The translations under genes were made by a program, and so were the position numbers. Source: an uncultured Methylococcaceae bacterium (GTDB lineage: Bacteria; Pseudomonadota; Gammaproteobacteria; Methylococcales; Methylococcaceae). From it: a stretch of DNA of 64,000 bases. The notes below the pieces were generated by a model. That model searched no databases and was not told where the DNA came from. It saw nothing but the letters and a program-made list of their open reading frames with translations. The stretch lies in NCBI GenBank assembly GCA_903930145.1, contig CAIYXP010000300.1:768-64767 (forward strand). Direction: 5' to 3'. Shown in pieces: positions 58,308 to 64,000 of the stretch (the stretch's first letter is position 1; each line of letters opens with the position of its first letter).

Positions 58308-61300
58308 TCATTGGGCCTTCCACCCCGGCTTGATTTCATCAAGCAGAGTATTGATCTTGTCAACGACATCTTCTGGCACACTTCCCCCTTCGCCGATTTC
58401 AATACTGACTCGAATAAGCAATTTCTGCCCTGCCTTCAGGGTTATCAGCTCGTCAATGCGCTCGGAGAAATCTTGGATTTCATGGGTTTCTAATTCGGCG
58501 GTGGCTATCTTTGTGCCGTATGCCACGGGCTTGATGATTTTGATCCCGGGTGGTTCTTTAGGTACTCGTATCTTCAAGGTACTGGCACCCCCAAGGTCAC
58601 AGGGCCAGGGGGACGAATCTAAAGTCCTCTCTAATAATCCAAGCTGGAAGGCTTCTTCCAGCGCCCGTTTTACGATGACCCATGGAAGCGGTTTGCCTCC
58701 CCCTTTTAACGCAGATAGTGCCGCATGAATAAGGTGCCCTGTGGTCTCACTATCTTTCCAAGCTTGCCCCAAGCTTGCAGGCAACAGATCGGTTGCCGGG
58801 ATTGGGGTTGGCGGTGCTAGGACAATAGCCTGTTCGTTCAAGAACCCACTCGGAACATCCTCCCCCAATACACTGATGGTGCCACTGACTAGCCAAAGTC
58901 GGTTAGTCTTGACTGCCTCGGTCACCGCAGATTTAATCGCTTCTAGCGTTGCAGCCGGAATCAGCAGGTTTTCGGAATATCCGCCTTTGTCCACGGGTTC
59001 AAAGTGTGTCCCGGAGAAATAGGTTTCCAACCGGGCCAATTTCATCGAATCGCCAGACCACAAACCGGGCAGCATTCCCGGCGCAAGCAGTGCAGGATCA
59101 AGATCAACCAGCGTAGCGGCATCGGACAGCAACACTTCCAAGCTCGATTCGGCTAGGGTGTGTTCATCGGGGCGGCATTTCCAGAATGTCCGCACCGATT
59201 TGTCAGAACGGGTTACCCTCAGCACGAAGTCGCCAGATTCGCAGCCTAGCAACAGCGTTTCCAATATGGCATTTCGGTTCAGCATCTTAGGCAACTTTGC
59301 GGTTGCTGCGAAGGAGCCAACCAAGTCTTTGACGAAGCGGGATTTCTCCCCTTCTTCCCAAAGGTCATAGGGTCCACCCGGCAGTAGCGCCTCGGCATTG
59401 ACCGCCGTGCTTTCAATGCGCACCCGCGTGTCGGCTGCGATTTTTGAAAATAAGGGCGTGTTATCGACGGTGATTCGATAGGCTGCCACCTCGTTCTTTT
59501 TGTCAACGGTCACGACAATGCAATAAGCCATCACGATTTGGGACACCATCTCATTACTGGCGACACGCAGACTGGCTTCCAACATGGCGGTGCGGGCGGT
59601 GTCGATATCGTTGCGGTCCTTCAGCATTTCCCTGACTTTTTCCCAACCCAGAAAGTCCCTCACCTTTTCGCGGGCAATGTCCATGGCTTCAAGGGAAGGC
59701 ACGGCCAGCACAACTGCGTTGCGATTATTCGCACGCGGCTTGTCAGGCCCGGTCGTTTCGTCCAAGAACCGCCTTGCTTCGGCACTGGGCTTACCCGCTT
59801 CTGATGCAGCCTTCGGTTTGAGGATCGCGTAATGGAATTCGCCGTCATCCTCGATTTCCGAAGGTTTACTGGGCAGCTTATGCAATTTAATGCCATAACC
59901 GCTGGCACCTTCCCATAGCTTGGCAGCCTTGGCGATTTGGTTTTCCAACACTTCCTCCAGCACCGTCTGGCTGATATGCTGACGGGCATCATGATGCATT
60001 TGCTTGAGGTTGGGCTTCGAGCCTAAACGCCATACCCGAGGCAGACCTGCCTCACGTTCATTGGTGAAGGTGTCGTCGAGATACCAGGATCGATCAGCCC
60101 AGCGCAGCAACCCCTTATCCAACTCGATCTTGTCTGGCGCACCGCCGCCCAGTAACATCAGCATTTCACGGGTTGCCGCCCGTTGCCCAATGGGTTGCGA
60201 ATGCAGGAAGGTGGCAATGACGGCCTGTTCGATTTCCCGGTGTTTCAATCCGCCCAAGTCTTCTTGTGCCTGCCTCGCGTGTTTGAGTTCGGCCTCCAGA
60301 ATGGCCGTCCAGTTTTGTTTCCTGCCCTCGTATTGCTCCAACTGGGCAATCGTCGTCAGTTCACGGGTCGCCACGCTCAGGCCGTCCTCGTTGGCGGCAC
60401 TCAAGAAAACTTGCGTCCCGATGATGGGGGCCGTGTCTTGCCATTGCTCGGCATCGCGCAATGCCGATGCCAAGGTTTTCAGAATGCCGCGAGTTTGCTG
60501 GAAACCTTCCAGCCCAGTCCATTTTCCGTAGAGAACATTCACCAAATCAGGATGGAAGGGATAGGAATCCATAAAGCGTTTTTCCTCCGGGGAGGGATTT
60601 TTGGCGGTTTGACTGTCCACCGCCTTGATGCCATTCAATGTGGCGTAGACCTGCTCCGGCCATTTCGTGCGATCAGTATAGCTTTCCAATTCAAACAACC
60701 GTCGCCGCAGAATTTCCGGCACGTCATGCTGCTCCACTGGTTGGATGCCTTCATCGGCCACCCGCTTGAATTCGTCATACAACTCCCTGCTGATCTTGCG
60801 GCCCAGTTCATCCATCTTCTTGGTGTCGGATGCCAGCAGCGAAGCCACCAGACAACATTGAGGAACTTTCGATACGGCTTGGGTCAGGTGGTGCAAAAAT
60901 ACAGACATTCGCCCCTCCCATGCCTTATCCTGATCGACCATGGTGCGGACGAACATGAGCACTTCGTCAAATAGAATTAATATCGCTGGCACGTCTTGCC
61001 TTGCCAGTTGCAGGACTTCTTCCAAGACATTGGTGGCGGGTGGTTGGGGGCGCTCTTCGCCTGACTCCTTCATCAGCTTCATTGCCGCCGCACCACCCAA
61101 TTGCCACGCCAACACACTCCAAGGCATTTTCAACCGGGCGACATTGCCTAATGGGTCGCGAACCTCCATGCCCATTTCGGCATCCAAGCGGTCAAACACT
61201 ACGGCGGCGATACGCGCCCTCGGCAAGGGGACTTCACAATGCGTCTTGAACTGCTGCACGGCGGGGATTTCAGGCAATGCCTCCGGGTTTTGGCACAGAT

Positions 61301-61595
61301 GGACTAGGGTAATGAGGGAATGGGTCTTGCCTCCGCCGAACGTCATATGCAATTGGCGAACCGCCTTTTCCGATTTCCCCGCCAGCCGCCGCATCACATC
61401 GCGGGCAAGGTCGCGGAGTTTGGTCGTGGGGTAGGTCAGCGCGAAGAAATCCTTCGGGTCGTGGTAGACCGATGGATGCTTGCCCATCATCACATCGTAC
61501 AAATCGGCGGCGAATTGTTTCTGCGACAATTCTTCGTTGCGGATATCCGCCCTGAGGTTAACAACCTTGTGCCAAGGTGAAATCGACTTTGCCAC
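58308..61595 (-). CDS. DUF499-type P-loop ATPase (about 1095 aa), defence-island-associated
   Basis: N-terminus PWHKVVNLRADI...FAADLYDVMMGK...YHDPKDFFALTYPT, then Walker A TFGGGKTHS (plus-strand 61323-61343) and Walker B ILILFDEV. GTG start at 61593-61595, 3 nt downstream of the DUF1156 gene stop. Confidence 0.8.
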   Translation of the reverse strand: MAKSISPWHKVVNLRADIRNEELSQKQFAADLYDVMMGKHPSVYHDPKDFFALTYPTTKLRDLARDVMRRLAGKSEKAVRQLHMTFGGGKTHSLITLVHLCQNPEALPEIPAVQQFKTHCEVPLPRARIAAVVFDRLDAEMGMEVRDPLGNVARLKMPWSVLAWQLGGAAAMKLMKESGEERPQPPATNVLEEVLQLARQDVPAILILFDEVLMFVRTMVDQDKAWEGRMSVFLHHLTQAVSKVPQCCLVASLLASDTKKMDELGRKISRELYDEFKRVADEGIQPVEQHDVPEILRRRLFELESYTDRTKWPEQVYATLNGIKAVDSQTAKNPSPEEKRFMDSYPFHPDLVNVLYGKWTGLEGFQQTRGILKTLASALRDAEQWQDTAPIIGTQVFLSAANEDGLSVATRELTTIAQLEQYEGRKQNWTAILEAELKHARQAQEDLGGLKHREIEQAVIATFLHSQPIGQRAATREMLMLLGGGAPDKIELDKGLLRWADRSWYLDDTFTNEREAGLPRVWRLGSKPNLKQMHHDARQHISQTVLEEVLENQIAKAAKLWEGASGYGIKLHKLPSKPSEIEDDGEFHYAILKPKAASEAGKPSAEARRFLDETTGPDKPRANNRNAVVLAVPSLEAMDIAREKVRDFLGWEKVREMLKDRNDIDTARTAMLEASLRVASNEMVSQIVMAYCIVVTVDKKNEVAAYRITVDNTPLFSKIAADTRVRIESTAVNAEALLPGGPYDLWEEGEKSRFVKDLVGSFAATAKLPKMLNRNAILETLLLGCESGDFVLRVTRSDKSVRTFWKCRPDEHTLAESSLEVLLSDAATLVDLDPALLAPGMLPGLWSGDSMKLARLETYFSGTHFEPVDKGGYSENLLIPAATLEAIKSAVTEAVKTNRLWLVSGTISVLGEDVPSGFLNEQAIVLAPPTPIPATDLLPASLGQAWKDSETTGHLIHAALSALKGGGKPLPWVIVKRALEEAFQLGLLERTLDSSPWPCDLGGASTLKIRVPKEPPGIKIIKPVAYGTKIATAELETHEIQDFSERIDELITLKAGQKLLIRVSIEIGEGGSVPEDVVDKINTLLDEIKPGWKAQ

Positions 61596-61598
61596 GTT

Positions 61599-64000
61599 TT
61601 ATTCTCCTGTTCCGTCAAATGGCAGTGTTTCTTGCGGTCTACCGCCCAAAATTTTTACATGGTTGGATAAGCGTTCCAACGTGGCGCGCTCATTGTCACC
61701 CGCTGGCGCAAGCTCAATGAGAGCCTGTAACAATTGCACGAAGATACGGCTGCGGCGCAAGCCCCTGGCATCAAGGTATTCATTGACGTGGATGACATCG
61801 CCCGCTTGCCAAAGGAGCATGAGTTTGTGAATCTGGTCGATGAGGGGCGAAGGGCGGCCCCCCGCCGAATCCTGACCAAGGTTCTTGTGTTTGCGCTTGA
61901 TCCAAGGATTGAGTTTGAATTGCCCACCGCTGCCAGTCGGTTCGGATGCTTCGTCGTCTTCCTCGTTGGTTTCATCGTCGGCAGTGGACGAGCCGGAACG
62001 GACTAACAACTCGTATTGATCGGTCAACTCGCGCTCGGACAATCCACACGACACCGCATAGAGGATGCATGCGCCCGCTGGGGCATCCTTCATGCCGAAA
62101 TCGTAGCGGTGCAGCAAATAGTAGCTAGTCACATTGTCAAGCGCGTGGTCGATGGTGTCATTGTCCGCCGCGTCCCCGGTCAGCACCCTGCCAACGACAA
62201 AATCCACCACGATGCGCCGCACATGGCGCAAAAACTCATTGACACCCATCAACGCACCCGACTCAGAGGCTTTTCTCACAGCCGGATAACGGCTGTAAGA
62301 CTCCAAGGCCGGGCCAGTCGCCGCCCATACGAAGTCTGGACCATGAATGCCTGCATCCCAAAAGTCACGCAGCTTCTGCACGATATTAGTTTCCATCTCT
62401 TGCAACACTTGAGCATCCCAACCGGCTTTGGTCATCGGATTACGCTTCTTACAGACCATCCAAATGGAGGAGGAAAGCGCGGCTGAACCAAAGGCACGGG
62501 TGCGGTTGCCCATTTCGGTTTGAATCGGCCAACTGGCATCGACGACAAAACCCGCCTTGATGATGGCTGAAACCAAGGTTTCCCAAGCATCCGGGTGTTT
62601 ATGGGCAAACACAACAACCAAGCGTCCATCGGCTTTCAATGCGGAATGACAGGCCACAAAGGCCCGCGCCATGCCTTCTTCATAGTTGCGCTTCGATGCC
62701 TCTTTACTCCCGCCAAACCGTGACGAATCGTCAATCAATTCCCCGTCGTTGGTTTCATGATTCCATTTCGGTGACAGTGGCTCGGAAAAAGCCGCGTCGA
62801 ATTCCGGGGACAATCCATATAAGGTACGTCTTAGCCAGACATAGAAAAAGTCCATTAGATCGGAATAGGGGATGGCATCGTAATAGGGTGGGTCGGTTAT
62901 TACCACATCGAACTCACCATTTAGTGAGTTTGTCGCACTGCAATTCATTATACTTGATGGTGGTGCATTTTTTATTGCCGTGCAAACATGTTGCACAAGA
63001 AGAGCAACCCATTCCAATTGGTTTGGATAACCCCCAGCAGTAACGCTAAGGGGGAATACTTCCGCGAAATCCCAAACTATCGGAAAGGCGTATCTTTGAA
63101 ATGTACCACCAACGGAGTCACGCGAAACGTCAAAATGACAATTTGCACTATTGCGCTCAACTAGACGGTCGAGTGCTGCTGCTAAATAGGTTGAAATAGC
63201 TATTTTCCAGTTATAAGAGTATTTATGGTTCTCCAAATATTTTCTTATTTCCCTTGTAGCCTGTATAAATACAGCAAGGGATAACAACTGCCTTGGCGTA
63301 AATAGTTTATGCCATTGGTCAAAGCCATAGAGTGGCACACGAAAGCCAAGTGCATCGGCACCAGCTAATGGCTCACTCGGCAACCCAAACGGCACATCGG
63401 CAAACACAGGCTCCAATTCGGCTTGTGCAGCTTCCGCCATCTCCAACTCATGGGGGGTGGGCAAACGATATTCCTTGCCACCGGGACTATCCATCACCAC
63501 CGTTGTCATGGTCGAACCGAGTTTCCCGGCTCGGCCTTCCAAGCGAATATCCTCCATGGTCATGATCGTCCCGCAACAGGGACAGCTCGCCCCGGAACGG
63601 CTCATCGTCCCAGCCCCAAGCTTCTTGTCATGCTCGCGCTTGGTCGCGGTATTGCCGGCAACCTGTTTCACGGCTGAGTCTATGCCAAATATCACCCCCC
63701 ACCGTTCAACATCCGGTGTCATCGTCAGTAATACCCGTTTATTGTCCTTCTTGCACAACCAGCGGGTTTTCAGCAGCGGCAACACGGCGCGGCAGGATTT
63801 GCATTTGACGGTACGCGCCCACAAATAGGCTACCGTGGGCTTGGCAATCCAGCGCGGATTTTTGGGGTTTTCCAAGTAATCCTTGGCAAAACCGGCATTA
63901 AGCAATTCGATTTGAGGCTCGCCTAGCTCGTTGAGCGGTACGAGTTTCAACGATCCAGTTTGGAGGGATGTTTCTATGTTCAATATTCCACCCCCACCCT
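61599..64000 (-). CDS. DUF1156-type DNA methyltransferase (N6-A/N4-C class), N-terminus beyond the window edge
   Basis: The reading frame stays open to position 64000. Zn-ribbon-like CxxC...CPCCG. Catalytic motif IV VVITDPPYYDAIPYSDL (DPPY at plus-strand 62883-62894). Large size and pairing with a DUF499 gene. Confidence 0.8.
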   Translation of the reverse strand, partial: GGGGILNIETSLQTGSLKLVPLNELGEPQIELLNAGFAKDYLENPKNPRWIAKPTVAYLWARTVKCKSCRAVLPLLKTRWLCKKDNKRVLLTMTPDVERWGVIFGIDSAVKQVAGNTATKREHDKKLGAGTMSRSGASCPCCGTIMTMEDIRLEGRAGKLGSTMTTVVMDSPGGKEYRLPTPHELEMAEAAQAELEPVFADVPFGLPSEPLAGADALGFRVPLYGFDQWHKLFTPRQLLSLAVFIQATREIRKYLENHKYSYNWKIAISTYLAAALDRLVERNSANCHFDVSRDSVGGTFQRYAFPIVWDFAEVFPLSVTAGGYPNQLEWVALLVQHVCTAIKNAPPSSIMNCSATNSLNGEFDVVITDPPYYDAIPYSDLMDFFYVWLRRTLYGLSPEFDAAFSEPLSPKWNHETNDGELIDDSSRFGGSKEASKRNYEEGMARAFVACHSALKADGRLVVVFAHKHPDAWETLVSAIIKAGFVVDASWPIQTEMGNRTRAFGSAALSSSIWMVCKKRNPMTKAGWDAQVLQEMETNIVQKLRDFWDAGIHGPDFVWAATGPALESYSRYPAVRKASESGALMGVNEFLRHVRRIVVDFVVGRVLTGDAADNDTIDHALDNVTSYYLLHRYDFGMKDAPAGACILYAVSCGLSERELTDQYELLVRSGSSTADDETNEEDDEASEPTGSGGQFKLNPWIKRKHKNLGQDSAGGRPSPLIDQIHKLMLLWQAGDVIHVNEYLDARGLRRSRIFVQLLQALIELAPAGDNERATLERLSNHVKILGGRPQETLPFDGTGE

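Noticed and set aside
58186-61830. Plus-strand ORFs antisense to the DUF499 gene (58186-58728, 60004-60531, 60183-60974, 60940-61434, 61480-61830).
   Set aside because: They overlap a 1095-aa ORF that has clear P-loop and family signatures. Their translations have no recognisable motifs.
63958-63964. An apparent 1-nt discrepancy at the last line break. The printed text reads AGTT|TTGG and the last line seems to have 41 nt, whereas the ORF-track translation (…SLQTGS…) and its coordinates require AGTTTGG.
   Set aside because: I treated this as a display or reading artefact, not a frameshift. All other coordinate checks I made (58308, 61595, 61599, many motif positions) were consistent.
1-64000. 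A search for CRISPR arrays, rRNA, tRNA and long tandem repeats.
   Set aside because: I saw no regularly spaced direct repeats, no cloverleaf-like or rRNA-like conserved stretches, and essentially no non-coding space large enough apart from 7590-8755 and 57929-58307.

Overview
This 64-kb window is almost entirely coding and appears to come from a Gram-negative (diderm) bacterium of moderate GC, judging by the TolC, LolA-like and beta-barrel genes. I recognised no rRNA, tRNA or CRISPR array.

Layout:
(1) 3-1496: the 3' end of a megasynthase gene ending in tandem thioesterase domains.
(2) 1504-7589: an export block with an EntS-like MFS pump, a split MacB (ATPase plus permease), a MacA/HlyD adaptor and TolC.
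(3) 7772-8501: a 714-bp internally deleted IS66-type element with 18-bp inverted repeats and an 8-bp target duplication, sitting in an intergenic region.
(4) 8756-12846: a visibly more AT-rich LolCDE-like cassette (two FtsX permeases and an ATPase) plus a LolA-like periplasmic protein.
(5) 12954-57928: a co-directional, tightly packed hybrid NRPS/PKS gene cluster of about 45 kb.
(6) 58308-64000, minus strand: a DUF1156 methyltransferase (truncated by the window edge) and a DUF499 P-loop ATPase, a poorly characterised methylation-associated defence-like pair.

The hybrid cluster in (5) contains:
- an FkbH-type hydroxymalonyl/methoxymalonyl-ACP cassette;
- an iturin/mycosubtilin-like initiation megasynthase (FAAL-ACP-KS-AT-ACP-aminotransferase-C-A-PCP);
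- a stand-alone AT;
- two AT-less KS-DH-KR-ACP modules;
- a KS-carrier-C-A-PCP-E protein;
- a C-A-PCP protein;
- a terminal KS-AT-MT-ACP-C(terminal) protein;
- an embedded membrane protein, an outer-membrane beta-barrel and a type II thioesterase.

The most interesting item is this assembly line. It has mixed cis/trans-AT logic, beta-amino-fatty-acid priming, a glycolate extender cassette, and a C-like releasing domain instead of a type I TE.

All family assignments come from motif recognition by eye. No database search was run.
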